DNA of 64,000 bases, from contig RSEE01000051.1 of the NCBI GenBank assembly GCA_003971905.1, positions 310,001-374,000 on the forward strand, given 5' to 3'. Positions 23,939 through 37,500 of this stretch are shown here, piece after piece. Made by a program: the position numbers and the translations under genes. Under the pieces are notes generated by a model. It searched no databases. It saw only the letters and a program-made list of their open reading frames with translations, and was not told the DNA's origin. The stretch is from Moniliella sp. 'wahieum' (Eukaryota). How positions within the stretch are numbered: the stretch's first letter is position 1; every line of letters starts with the position of its first letter.

Positions 23939-24919
23939 TCATTTTTGTCGAGCAGATCAGCTCGCCCTCATCGTTGTAGGCGATACAGGATGTGTCTGGA
24001 CCTGTTCCGACGCCCACAATGCAGTTGAACGAGCGTGTCTATCTCAGTGAGGATGGGGACATTAACGTGCCTTTTACTGGCATTTCCGATCGCATATGTT
24101 TAGGCGTGTTATTAGCCCTCCTGACAAAAGGTTAGCGCGACCCGCCATCGTGAATGCAACGTTTACAACCTCCGGTAGCTGTTGAGCCAGCCTCCGTCGG
24201 GTTGACTTGGACGCCTCCGAAAGCCACTAACGTTCGCTCGGTCGTGAGGAATACGTGTTATTGGTGGTCCTCGTTAGCATTATCAAGAAGGAACACCGGT
24301 CGAAAAAAAGTGGACTGGTCAAGAAAAAATACAGAAAGAATGGCACACTGTATCCATCTGTGTCCATCTTTGTATCCAACACTCTCTGAATCCAACTTGT
24401 CGTCGATCTGAGATGTAATTCGGTTGCAATGCCATAATCACCGCTGTGACGTGTGGGTTCATTTCGTAAGAGTAACCCGGGGAGATGGGGTCGCTGTGGG
24501 GTAGAGTAGTAGGGCGGCGAGAGCGCAGGAATGCCACCGCTACGTTCAAGAGCACGCTCAGCATAATGGTCCAAACGACAGATTGGATAGACCAGCTACA
24601 CATAAAATCTTTCGGGGAAGACGCAGAGGGAATCATCTTCAAAGCAAGTATCAAAAACCAAAGAGCGAACATATGCGCAAGTCAAGGAGAGAGGAGATGG
24701 GGTACTGAGGCTTGGCTATCAGCCAAGCGCAGGATGAGCGAAGGGAGTGAGGCGGGTATCAGGAATGACCTTCGCCAATGGAGGTCCAAAGTGCAGTGCG
24801 ACCGAATTCCAGTCCGCGCTGTCGAGGCCGCAACCCAAAGGGGAAGAGGAGTAGGAAGAGCAAGAACTCTTACACAGGTACCCGGCCACTCACGACTCGT
24901 GCCCTCGTGATCGGGGCCA

Positions 24920-26682
24920 ATGTCATGGCTGGGATACGTGTTGGAGTTCCAGGTCCGTGTCGGTCTTGCCCTCTAATTTGAGTTGGCGTTTTTGCTGTCG
25001 CACTTTTGCTTTTTGCGTGCCTCTACGCCACGGCTCAGGTGGGAGCGCACAATGACCATTTTGAGTCCTCGGTCAAAGTTGTAGAGACACCGGAGGGCCA
25101 TACCGACCGTGGTGACCAGCAAAGCCAGCGCCAAAGCAGCGCGAAAACGGTAAGGGACTTGAAGCTATGCGATGAGGGCAACTCTCCGTGTCAGTAGTCT
25201 GTCGCCGTTCATGGGAACCAGCAATCCTGGCAGCATGGACAATAAGGAGAACAGGGACGTACGTATAGCGGTAAATGTCTTTCGATTGATCCGAACTGTT
25301 GTGCAGCGTCCAGATTCGTACCAGCTTAAAGACAAAGTACGCCATTCCGACCAGCAACCCAACAATCCAAATGTACATCATCGCCTTGTTCTCTGCTCGC
25401 ACCGCCCATTGCGCAACCAGCACCGCGACCAAGGACAAGGGTGTGGCGACGATGGTGATAATGCGCTCGACATTATGGCCCTCGTCCAGGACAACAATGA
25501 TCAGTTGAACGCAAAACGTAAAAAAGATGAACAGATCAAACTCTGTGGATGGGGGGAAGAGGTCAGCTGTGATGGGTTCAATGGATGGGAGAAATGGGAA
25601 GGGAGAGGTAGAGAGGATCGTACTAAGGAGCACCACATAGACGTTGTAGTGGAGAAAGCGTTTGCGCAGGTCAACCGAAGCACTGACGATGCGGTACATG
25701 CGGCCGCCAAATTCTTTGCGGAGAAAGTAGCTGAGCACAAGGAAGATGCCAACGATAGGCCTAACACAGCGGCTGTCAAACTGGTATAGACATGGGCCGG
25801 GATGCCATCGTCGATGGGCTGGCCCTGGACGCCACGAGAAAGAACCTTGCTGATTTCGGCAGTCTGGATGCCGGCATAGACCAGCATGCAAGCATTAAAG
25901 ATGAGGATGCCCCAGATCATGATGAGGTTCTTGTTAAACATGCGTCAATGCTGAGGACGACATTGTACACAAGCAATGGCAAAGGCGGCGACAAAGGTGG
26001 GGAGGGAGGGTAGCGGTGATGTTCCGGTAGGCATCTTGGCTTCTACGATGGCGGAAACGGCGATAGGATGGCCTCGATGGTGATGTTGGCTGCGGCCTCG
26101 AGGATAGCCATGGCAATCCAAGCGCGTGAGATGTAGGACGATTCGAGTGGAGCGGGACCCAGTAGAAACAAGAGAGGACAAAGTGCCGTAGGCGCGAAGG
26201 CAGGCTGCGGTTCCGCTTTTGCTCCTCGATCTGGCGCAATTCATCGGCGGTCAGGTTCTGCGGAGCAAAGTCACGCTCGGTGTCAGTAGTCGTCGTCTTC
26301 GGATGGTGTGGTGGGTGGGGCGTGGAGGAAGTGAACCGAGGGAGCCGGTGGAGGTATGGGTGGCGTAGGCCTCAACGATCGACGCATTGTCGTCCTCGCG
26401 CGCGCGCAAGTTGGAGGGGGAGGACAAAACGGTAGCTGCCCTCGAGAAGGCTGCTGGAGGCGTCCAAGGCACTGGCGCTGGCGCTGGCAGGCTGAGAAGC
26501 GAGTCGGCTACGCTGCCGGTCGAGGCGAGGGAGCTGCTGGGATCGAAGGTCGCTCTGCAGGTCATACACAAGGTCGTCCTGCTCGCTTTCGTGGGCGGGG
26601 TGGTAGGAGGGGAAGGAGGCGGCGGGGCCATGTCGGGCGACCGGCCTGCGCGCGGCGGGGACGACGGCGGCGGCGGCGGCAT
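24920..26682 (-). CDS. Multi-pass membrane protein, UPF0658 (Golgi membrane) family-like
   Basis: ATG 26682 with Pro-rich N-terminus; NKNLIMIWGILIFNACMLVYAGIQ...LRKEFG.RMYRIVSASVDLRK...FDLFIFFTFCVQ...WAVRAENK...MAYFVFKLVRIW...KSLTVFA...YNFDRGLK. Short introns and frameshifts; C-terminal stop uncertain (~24975 or ~24920). Confidence 0.72.
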
Positions 26683-27115
26683 GGACGCTGGATGACACAC
26701 ACAGCAGACCTCCGCAGGGGCGGGGCAGTGGAGACGGCGGGCGAGGCGCACTGCGGGGCGTGGCGCCGCCTGTCAGGGATGCGGTGAGCCTTGTGCGGCC
26801 ACGAGTGCGCCCCAGTGCTCTGCTGCTCCCTGCGTCGCACGGCGCTACACTGGCGGAGGCGGAGCGACAGGCGGAGCCACAGCGACGATCATCCGCGCGC
26901 ATCACCGGTCACCACCATCCGTCCAGAGCCCGCAGTAGCCCTCCAGCGTGGCATGGGCCGCCCATTCGCGTCTCCGTTCCGCCGGCCACGTGGCCGCGCC
27001 GCACCGGCCAGATGCTAGGGTTAGGCTTGTTTAACCATGAACACTCCGTCCCGTCCTTCGCCTCTCCGCCACCTCCCCATCCTCACGCTCCCCCGCGCCA
27101 GCTGAGGACGCCGCC

Positions 27116-28445
27116 ATGGACGTGCTGTGCGTTCTTACCCCCCATCTTTTCCGCCCGCGCTGCTGACCCCCGTCCCCTCGCGCCAGGAACCAGATCCCCC
27201 CCGTTAGCGCGCCATGCTCGGCATGGTGGCCCTCGTCACCCTGACGCCCTGCTCAAGCTGTCTGACATCCGCACGTGGTACTTCGACTGGTTCCGCGTGC
27301 GCTACGGCTGGGAGCTGTGGCGCCCTTGACTGCCCTTCTATGCCGGCAGCGACATCAACATGCTTATGAACACCTTTTACTCTACAACAACAGCAGCGAC
27401 CTGGAAAATGGCCGCTTTTTCCGCCGCTCCAGCCAGTATGCTGGTGCCTGCTCGTCAATGCGGCTGCTATTGTGTCTTGGCAGCCCGCTCCGCGCACCTT
27501 TCCTCTTGGCCCGCTGTGAGCCTTCTGATGGTACGTTGACACGCACGCACATTCTCTCTGGCGGGGACTAACCTGCGCCCCTCCGCCCCCGCAGTACCTG
27601 TGGTCGCGCGACAATTCTACCGGGCAAGTCACATTTTTGGCTTTCTCACCTTACCCGCCAAGTATCTTGCTCAAGCCCACCTGTTTCTCGACCTGATTAC
27701 CACCGGCCTCGGCGGGGCGGTCACCAATGCCACTGGCATTCTTGCTGGCCACGCATGGTTGCTCCTCGAAGAGTTTGCTTCCAATGACGACCCCCGCGCT
27801 CGCCGTTCCAGCCTCACTGCGCTCGGCCTCCTTCTTGCCCGCGCTCTCACCCAGCCACCTCGGTTGCTGCAGCGTATCCTACCTGACAGCACCGATCCCA
27901 CCACGGGTACCCACACCACGGCGGTCCAGGGCGGCGGACCCAGTACGGTGCTGCGTACGCGCCCGTGGTGGGGCGTGGGGACAAGGTGGGCATTCGCTCG
28001 CTTCGGACTCGGCTGGTTCCCAAGGCAGCCGTTTTGTCCCTTCTTTCCTTCGTGGCTGGGGTGGTGGGAGCCAGGGAGCTACGACGCCTACTCCATCCCG
28101 CGACGCGCTCTTGCGGCGACCGAGCGACGATTGCGTGCCCAAGCGGGCAACAGCATTGTGGGCCGCAACCAAGCTCGCGCTGCAGCCGCCCGAGGTGCAG
28201 GTATGACCGCGCCCCCCGCCGCAGAGGGTGCGCGTACGACAGCCACTGCCACCCCTCGTACCACCTCCGGGGGCATCCCACTCTCCGCCCTTCCAACCCG
28301 GACGATCCCAGCCTGCACAATGCCAATTCGTCGGGCGGTTCGGTCGCGGAGCAACGGCGAGGACATGCACGCCAGCCTTCGGACTCCCGCGAGGAAGCAA
28401 CGGCTGCCGATCCTTGGCTGGCCAAGGACAGCGTTGGGCGAGTAG
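27116..28445 (+). CDS. Derlin family ERAD protein, Dfm1-like (two SHP-box-like motifs)
   Basis: MDVL|intron(GTGCGT..CCAG)|NQIPPLAR; WELWRPLT (WR motif); LLYNNSSDLENGRF; YLWSR; IFGFLTLPAKYL; GILAGH (GxxxG). C-terminal WGQGGHSL and (A)GQGQRLGE SHP-like boxes after frameshift repair. Confidence 0.85.
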
Positions 28446-28697
28446 TAACTAATATATATTCACTACCTCCCTCTCCCTCCCTCTCGCATGTCATGCATGT
28501 CACGAACGATCTGCGTCTGTCTTCACGCGATAAAAAATGGTAAGATGGAATGGGAATGAAATCGGCCAGTGCCGCTAGCAAGGGTTGGTTGGGGTGGCAG
28601 GGGATGAGGCAGGTTCCACGTTCAGAGTTCAGAGTTCAGACTAGGTGCACCTGCACTCGACCCGCGCCACATGCAATCAGGAACGCAATGCTTCACT

Positions 28698-31082
28698 TCA
28701 CCTCTTGAACTTTTTCAGTGGATCCGTCTTTCGGGTGGGCGCAGGACGTCCGTGTCCGCGTCCGCGACCGCGACCGCGCCCACGCGCCGCACCACCGCGA
28801 GGATGATTAAACTTGGGGACAAAGCCATCGGAGCGTTTGCGTGGGCTGGCCGAAGCGGAAGAGGGAAGGGCCGAAGACGAGGAGGGGCAAACGCCTTGAT
28901 GCGAGGCATAGGTAATCGGGCACATGCTTCAAATGGTGTTTGCCAGCCAACGCACGTCGCGTGCGTTCCATGTCAGCCGTTTGAGCTTGGAGGTACTCCA
29001 ACTCTTGCGGATTGTCGTCCCAGACGAAGCCAGTTTCTCATGTGCAGCATCTCCCACTTGAGCTCCTGTACGCGCGCCTCCTTGATCGCAGAAGCGTTGA
29101 TGGACTTGAGGGCATCAGCGGTACGGTACTTGAACCCCTCGATTTGCGCAGGGTCGTACTCCCATTCAGGAATCTTGGCAGAAGAGCGTTTGTTGCGGTT
29201 GGTGGGGTTGTTCCGATGTTGTGGTTGAGGTGGGGGTGGGGGGGAGCGTGGGTCCTGAGCCTCTGCCTCTGTATGCGCCGCCGCATACGCCCGCTGGATG
29301 GTACGCCAACACGCGCATCGGACCGGGACGTGGGGGAGCCACTGTCCTCGCCACCCGGGGCGAGAGGAAGTCTGACTTGCCCACCAGCGCGCGGGGAACG
29401 ACAAAGCTCAGTGCGGTACCGGTGTTGCCCGCGCGGGCAGTGCGACCGATCCGATGAGTGTAGGCGGTAAGCGAGGTGGGCAGGTCAAAGTTGATAACGC
29501 AGGCGACCGCGAGGAAATCAACACCGCGAGCGACACTGTACTCAGCTTTGGCCGCTTGATGGTCCGCCACGCGCTCTTCGCGCGTTTTTGCGAGCCTTTT
29601 CTTTTTCCCTTCGGCCTCAGCCGAGGCAGAGGCCAACTTTCGCTTCTTCCCTACCGCTTCCTCCTCCTTCATCGTCTTCACCGTCGTCACGTTTTCGCTC
29701 CCTTCCTCCGCCTCTTGCTCTGCCTCGCGCTCCTCCTCATCGTCCTCCTCCTCCTCCTCCTCCTCCAAAGCATCTGTTGGTCGGTAGCGATCATGACACC
29801 AGCGCGCCCTTGTTGAACGCCTCGACCTTCTTGGCACGTGAGGTGAAAGGCAATTCGTGGTTGAGCACCGCGGTGCGCGTAATGCCAAAACTGCTCCAAG
29901 AACAACTTCAACGGTACCCGCGATCGATCGAGTTGACAAAGATGAGCACTTGCCCCGCACCAAGCGCAGTTTCAAAATCACGTAGAGCAACAGGAACTTT
30001 TCGGCTTCGGATACGTGGACGCTATACTGGAGCAACTGGGGCCCCTCAGGCCCGTCGTGCGAACACCAAGAAGGCTGTCCTTGATGTCCAGCTGGATGGG
30101 CGTGCGGAGCAAGAGCGATCGCAATCGCTCCACGTCGGGGTGAGGGTAGCAGAGTGAGGAAGCGTTGGACACCACCTTTGGCCTCGGCGGCGGCCCCACC
30201 AGGACGAGGCTAGCAGTGCGAAACAAACCGCCCGAGCTAGCGTCGTCCGGGGAGGAAGGGAGTAAATTGTGGCCATAGGACAACATCAAATCTGCCTCGT
30301 CAATCACCAACGTTTCCAGCTGCGTCAGGTCCAAGCCGCCACGAGGGGTGTGAGACGAAGAGGACGGGGTGACAAAGTGCAACAGCCGCGCCGGCGTCGC
30401 AACAATCACATCGGGTTGACCTTCCGCCAACACCATCCGAAGCACTTGGCCGAAATGTCCTTGGCAATGTTGAGCACTTCCAGGGGGCCTCGCCCACGCC
30501 TGGGTCATCGACGACCGACTTGAGGTCGTGCTGTGGGTGGCGGCTACGCGGGTCCGTCTGACCGCCATGGGTCGACATGGAGCCCGGAACGTTGGAGAAG
30601 GCGGCTGCCGAGCGCCCGCCACAGGCGACGGCCAACGTGTTGAGTTGGGATGTGACTTGCTCGGCCAGTTCCCGGGTAGGAACAAGGATCAAGGCGCGGG
30701 TCACCTTGCTCTGCCCCGGAGCGGCAGCCTTGGCATCGAGGATTTTTTGCATGACGGGCAGGCCGTAGGCGAGCGTCTTGCCACTGCCCGTAGGGGCACG
30801 GACAAGAACGTCGCGCAAGCCAAAGGACGCAGCGGGGGCGGAGGCATCGGTCGTGTCGGTGGGTGCAGCAGTCGCGCCGAGAGCGACGGGGATGAGGGCG
30901 TTCTGGACGGGGGTAGGGTAAGCAAAGCCGAGTGCAGACAGGCCGCGGAGCAGCCGCGCGTCCAGGATGGAGCCCATGGCCGCAAAGGTGGGCCGGGTGG
31001 AGTGGTGCTTGTGCTTTGCGTGTGCGACGGGCGCCTGCGCCAGCGGCGCCATGGCGGGATCCGAGGCGGCTGCGGCAGCCAT
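28698..31082 (-). CDS. DBP9: ATP-dependent DEAD-box RNA helicase Dbp9 (DDX56)
   Basis: [89 protein letters not shown]-terminal DPLKKF. Multiple small indels. Confidence 0.93.
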
Positions 31083-31269
31083 CGGGAGGGAAATGGGGTG
31101 GTGGGGGTGATGAGGACCGTCGAGTGTGGCCCTCCGCCGAGGCCCGTCGTTTGCTTCCCAAGGTGGCCGGCAAAAAATATTATGGCTGAGCTAAGCCATC
31201 GGTGCAACTGCGGCACGAGGGTCCTGGCCCTAGTAGAGTGGTGATCATCGGTCCTCGATCAGATCACGT

Positions 31270-33660
31270 CCATTTCATTGACAGAGCTTAAGGCTGGGAC
31301 AGGGGGAACGCTACGTCTAAACCGAACCGTTCATCTTGCGGGGGTTACTTGGGGGCGCCACCAGGGTCAAGGGACCAGGGGATCGCCAGGATATCAGGAC
31401 CCTCCGGCTCTCGCCATCCGGTCCCGTACCCTAGGAAGCGCGTGTGGACACGGAGGAACGTGGTTGACATCCGAGCGAGGAACCATTTCCACTGAGACTT
31501 AGTAGCCAACTCCTTCCAATGCGCAAACAACTTGCCCGCCGTCTTGGTGCCGTAGTATCCTCGCGTCGTCAAAACCAGGGGGAAAAACGGCTCTTGAGTG
31601 CGTCCCTGGTACTTGGCGTTCTTGTCGCATTCTGCTTGTTCAAGCAGCCGAAGCAGCTCCTTCTCCGGGCGTTCCAAGGGGGTTGCGGTGCTCTCATGCA
31701 CCCCCTCCGGAACGCGCTCTGAGCCTCCAGCGATCCCGTGTCGCGCAGCGTGTGGTCTACCTCCATTCCTGAGCCTCCGAGTCCTCCGGGCCCCATCACG
31801 CGATAGTAGGTGCGCTGTGTCCTCTGTCTCCTGCCATCCTCTTCCTCCACCATAGGTTCGTTGCGGACATGGGTGTCGGGGATGGAGCGTAGGAGCTGGA
31901 GAATGGGCTCCAGCACTGCCTCATGCAACGCACCAAACTTGGCCTGGGAGCGGGTGCAGAACATGATGTGCTCCAGCGAGGACATGACGCCGCACTTGCA
32001 CATGCTGCGCGTGGTGCGGCACAGCGTTCGGAGCTGGAGACCAACCTGGACCTGCTGGTCAGAGAGCTTGAGATACGGGACGGATGGAATGGCGGAGAGC
32101 CAGTTGTGGCTCAGCGGGTTGCTGTGCTCAACCACATTGCGACCATCGGCAGCGTCCAGCTTCTGGAGCAGCTCCTGTCGACTTTGCTCCCACATCTCCC
32201 GGCAGCGCTGGCGTTGCTTCGTAAATGCGTTGGGTAGCCGTTTGCGGTCCCGCTGAGTCAACATAAGTGGTAATAAGATAGTCGTTGACCTCGTTGGCCG
32301 CGGCACGGGCGTGGGGCCCAATATACGAGTAAAGCGGGCTGCCACATCCTCCCATTCCGGAGAGGCAGGCTCATGAGCATGTCGAAGTGGTCGTCCTTGG
32401 CACCTTGGGGGTCCTTGTCGCTCCGGATCCGTCTGAACTCCGTACAGATGAAGGCATCAATCTCGGCCAGCACGTCGTCTAGCTCTCCTTCCATCTGCAT
32501 GGTGCGGAGCAGGTGGCGCAGCTTGGTCTGAGTACTGAGCCGCCATAGTAAGAGGCGTCCCTGGCGGGTGATGCCATCAATCTTAGGCATGTTCTCCCTC
32601 AGACTAACCAGATGGGCCCGGAGCCACGATCGACGACAGTCACCCCTCCCACACAAGTGCCCAGAACCTGCAGACCATCCTCTCGAATCTGGTCCCGGTC
32701 CCGCTCGACACACTTGCGCAGGTTGAGCTTGAGGCCTGACGCGTCGTTCCAAAATCTCCGCGGCTAGGCCGGTAATGCCTGGTCCTGGACCGAAAATCGT
32801 AATGTCGTCCAGGTATGCCATCACCAGGTGCCCCGGCGGCAGGTCCTTTTCAGTTTCTCCAGAGTGGGCCGCACTGCGATGGAGAAGAAAAAGGGGGCGA
32901 GGGGGTCGCCCTGCCGTACACCCTCTGCCGACGGATGCTGGTCTCATTTCCGCCCGACGCAACCCAAAGCTGGGTGGGGGAACCATAGATCCATCGGCCC
33001 AAGGTGAGGAGATGGGGGGCGTAGGCATGGAGCGCCTTGGCGAGTCTGCGACGGCTCACAGTGTTGAACGCGTTGGTAAAGTCGAGCATGGCGACGTGGC
33101 TGAAGTCGCCCATTTCCGCATCGTTCTCCCCGCCTGGCGCTGTCATGCGCTCGACCATCCGTACGATAGGCTCCGCCCGTTTTGCGATGCTACTCCCAGC
33201 TGGGTGGGGAGAAGCCAGCTGTTGGGGGCGATCGCTCGAGCGATGGCCTTGGCGCACAGACGTAGATCAGCTCCCCACAGGCGATGGGGCGGATACTCCC
33301 GATGCCTTCTCCAGGGGGGTAAGGCGGGAGGCCAACAAGAGCTCGCGTCCAGGGGCAGTGCCGTGGTAAATACTCTTGGTGAGGGCGGTGAGAAAGGCGA
33401 CGAAACGATCGCATTCAAGGGCCGTTCTCAGGAGGGGCTGGGTCCACCCGGATAGACCTGCCCCAACGTCGATTCTGAACGTGGCAATCAAAGCAACAAA
33501 GTCGATTTCGTCCAAGTCCACCACGATGCGGTTACTGTCCGTCGTGTCGGTGAGGGTGTTTCTTTTTTCTGTCTGGCGCGTGTAGTCGAGGCAAAGGAGC
33601 AGGCCAAGTTGGTGCCCTCCTTCGTTCACCAAGGAAGGGGCGCGAAAAATACACTCCGAC
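31270..33660 (-). mobile_element. 5'-truncated non-LTR retrotransposon, CRE/SLACS/Cnl1-type (RT, zinc knuckle, restriction-like endonuclease)
   Basis: AGLSGWT, IRPIACGE, QLGV, LDFTNAFNTVSR, G.RQGDP, AYLDDITI (RT); CKCG..EHIMFC (zinc finger); VDHT...EQAECDKNAKY...FFPLVLTTRG (REL endonuclease); stop at 31345. Confidence 0.88.
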
Positions 33661-34531
33661 ACCCAGATGGTAGGAAAGGAAGGTTCAAGGAGTGGCGTGC
33701 CCGTAGGAGGGCTTGAGATGAAACGAACAATGGATACTTTTCATCCTCAAGCTTCACAAGCCGAGTCGGCGTCCCTCAAGCTTCATCAGTCTGAAGGATG
33801 TCATCGCGTCATAATCCAGTTATATATAGTATGGGGCAGCTGTCCGTTCTTTGTGCCATTCATTCCCTGGCTCAGTCCCCATTCGCTCACCAGTCCCCCC
33901 GTCCATAATCAGGTGCAGAGGTACTGATATGGACGCTTTCCACCCTGAGGCTGCGAGCGGAGACCAAGAGGAAATCGTGCAGGGGTAGAGCGCTGAAGCA
34001 AGAGTGGTCCAAAAACCCCATCAATTAATAGTGAAGAGCACATCAAGTGCCTATTGGTTGGCTTTGTCTCCCTCAGCCGCCCGACACCACCCTTGACGCA
34101 TGCGATCGCGGAGATGTAGCACATGTGAAATGAGATGGCCAAAACCCAAAGATCTATATAACCCTTCGCCCCGAGCCAATACTGGACAGGAAAAAAGAGG
34201 GCCCACTCAGTGTGCATTTAATTCCGATACGACGAAAAGCGGGTCGGATACCGTGCAAGGGTACGTAGGGTGGATAGATGTAAGACTGCAAACACTCCAC
34301 GTTCAACAGCGTCAAGTCACAGCTTCAAGCTTCAAACTCAAGCTCAAAGGCGGCGGATTAATGTGGGGGGTTGTTGAGGTCCTGTCGCGATCCCGATGCC
34401 GATCCCGATGCCGACAGAGTCGCACTTGTCCGTGGTAGCTCTCGTTGGAAAGGCAACGACAAGGGCAACGACAGCGGCAAGGGCAAAGGCAAAGGCAGGG
34501 AGGCCTAGAAGAGGGAGGAGCGGGGGGAGCG

Positions 34532-37500
34532 TCACGAGCGAAGAGGCAGGTGGGGTGGTGCTAAAGTTGCAGTTGCAGTTGAAGGTGAGGTGAGGCTGAG
34601 GCTGGAAGCTGAGGTTGACCTGCGTGCCACCCTGGGCTCGACAACCAACGAGCGGCGGTAGAGGCGATCGTCATGGGCTGGTTTACCACTCTGCGGCGCA
34701 AGCGAAGCGAGGTGGTCAACCATGCTTGTACCTCTCTGTTGGCTTGCAAACGCATACACCTTGACCACACGGTGGGACAACCGATCTAGGATCTTGACCG
34801 CATTCGCGTACCGAGCCCAGTTGATCAGCCGTGTGGTGCTCGGAGCGGGCTCAGTGGTGCGTGACTGGGGGTGAGGGTTAGGGTGGGGGTAGGGGCGCAA
34901 CAATGGTCCCGAACCCCGAGCGTGACGGAAAGGTGCGTTGCCCTCGAGGGCAAATGTGAGGTCGGTGAGGGCGAGGCCGACATAGGGCAAGTAAGGAGTG
35001 CCGGCAGCGATGGCCTGGTCCAGTCGAGCGCGATAGGCAGCGTAGTTACGAGCTGGGTCGACCAGTGCCGCATGGTCCGCAGCCTTGGCGGCCCATTTGG
35101 GCGGCAAGGCTGTCCAAGTCTGCTTCAAGCGACGCACCGCCGCGCTATCCAGTCCGCCTTGCAGGGCGAAAAAGACGTGCCAGTTGTTGAGCCGCAAACA
35201 GCGCTGCGGTCACAAAAGCCAAGAGGGAAGAGGGAAGGAGTGTCAGTCGTGCGTCGTCTGGGGTGGAAGAAGAAAAACGGAGGAAAAGGCAAAGGGAGGA
35301 GAGGAGGGGGGGGGGGGGGAGAAGGGCGTACGTCGGCTATTTTGATAAAGTGTCGCAACACAGCCAGTCGTTCCCGTGCCGAGTTGGGAGAGAGGATGGA
35401 ATGGGCGACCCAGCCGACGATCCGATTGCTCAGGGTGGATAAGGCAGCGAGACCGGTGGGCCCCCAGTCGGCCAAAAGGAGGAATAGGAAGACGAAAAGG
35501 AGGAGAAGAAATGAAGGAGAAGGAGAATGGCAAGAGCCAGAATCAGAAGAAGACGATGAAGAGCAAGGTAAGGAAGTAGAAGAGGAAGAGCCTTGGCACG
35601 GCGGACCTGGGCCGCCACCACCCTCGTCCGCAGCGGCCGGACCAAGCGTTCGTTCAGTTGATGAGCACCGGGTCGGAGTCCGGCCCAAGGTGAGAAACTC
35701 GTCGGGTGTGATGTCGCGTACAACCGACTGGCCAGGACGGTCAACTGTCGTGCCATCTCAGCAGCCTTGACATCCACCACGTTCCATGCGCCCCGCCAGG
35801 CCCGACTCACGTCCCACACCTCCCACCCCAGCGGGGTGGGAGAGAGGTAAGAACCGCTCGGGATCCACCGGCGCGTGTAGAGCTTCTCGATGCCGGCCGT
35901 AGCGCCAGTCGAATCCCCAGCCGACGCCGACGCCGAAGCGGTAGGATCGCGTCGGATCGTTCGTTGAACCAGCATGGCCTGGGAGCGGGGCACCAACTGC
36001 ATAAACCCACCCGATCGGACCCGGTAGAGCGCCGTGCCACGAGCGTGGCTAGCTCGTCGTCATTGGCGTCCCGCGCCAAGAGGCTCAGGAGGGGGAGCGC
36101 CGGTCGGTCGTGCAAGGGGGACCAGTAGGTATCCGAGAGCCACAGGCGGGCAAAGTGGAGGAGATTTGCATGGCGCGTGTGGCCCTCGGCGCCGGGAGGG
36201 CATGAAGTAAAGCGCTGGTACAAGGTTTGGGCCAGAATTTCGGGTGTGGAGAAGAGAGGCATAGTACGAGCAAACGTATGTGCCATTGTGGGTGGCGGAT
36301 CGCCCTGGTCGGGGGTGAGAAGGGCAACCAAGCAGGCAAGGTGCCGCCTAAGAGCAGGCCATCGGCGTTGCGAACCACGTCCGTTGTTCCTCCGGCTTCC
36401 CCCCAGTAGAGGGAGACTGGAGTTGGGCGGGAGAGTTGGCTCGAGAGCGCAGGGGCGGGCTGGTAGGTCCTTCAGAGGTCCCGAGTAACCCCGATGACGA
36501 AGTTCGTTTTCCTCCGGCAAACACAGTGTCGTTACTTGCGTTGCGCAGGGAAAAGAACAGAGACGAAGCCGAAGAGGAACCCGGGCTAGGAGGGAGCGAA
36601 GGCCGTGGTAACAAGGTGCGGTCCTCGTCCCAGGCGAGGAGAGGGGAAGGACTGGGTCCAACGGGTCGAGGGATGAGTGGATCAGATCGCCCGTCGAGGA
36701 CGCCTCGCCGCCCACGCGGGATCGAGGCAGGGCGGAGAGGCTGCCGGTGCGGTGCGACGTGCGCGGAGGGGGGGCCGCAAGGGAAGCCAGACTGGCCGAG
36801 GAACGGAGCATAGTAAAGCTGGCTACTTTGCGAGTAAAAGCCGAGAAACGCGATCGTGAGTCGGATGACAGGGAGGTTGGGTGGTGGTCTTTCGTAGCAG
36901 GGCGCTGTCAGCGCGAGCATCTTCCGAGGCCCCCAAATCGGTACCTGGCAGAGACCTTACCGGCTCGTCGGGCGCCGGCCCAAGACTCAAGCGCTCTACC
37001 CGGAATGCGGTGCGTTGGTAGGAGAGGGAGTGGTGGCAGCTGGAGGGGGAGAGACATCGTAGGTTGTGGAGCCAAGGCCGCCTCGATCAGCTCCTCCTGC
37101 CCGTGCCAGAGCAGATCCGGCAGCCAAGGCGGGCGCAGCGGCGATTGCCGCCTTCTCTGCTTCGGACCGGGGGGGCGTGTCGTCTTCTCCTGTTCTTCCT
37201 TCTTCTCCTCCTCGTTCTGACCCAAGGGCGGAGAAGGAGAGGTGACAGTACGCACGGACGCAAGAAAGTGGGAAGAAGCCAAATAAACTCATCGCGCGCC
37301 GAGTGAGGCGAGCCAAAGCGTCAGGAGGAGCAGATGAAGAAAGAGATGGCGAGACCGGAGTGAGCAACGCTGTACGATGCTGGCAAGGGTGTGGCTTTGC
37401 TTATGGTGGCCAAGGTGGCATCCATTACCCTGACGATCGTTCCGGAAGCGCGTTGGGCCCAAGGGGTGGGGCCCATGTGTTCAGCCGCACTGGAGGAATG

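Noticed and set aside
24227..24672. Small hydrophobic minus-strand ORF (MFALWFLILALK...)
   Set aside because: No recognisable family or splice support; may be the 3' region of the UPF0658 gene; cannot be supported without RNA data
34868..34895. Telomere-like GGGTTAGGG
   Set aside because: Single unit inside the RasGEF CDS encoding PHPNPHP on the minus strand
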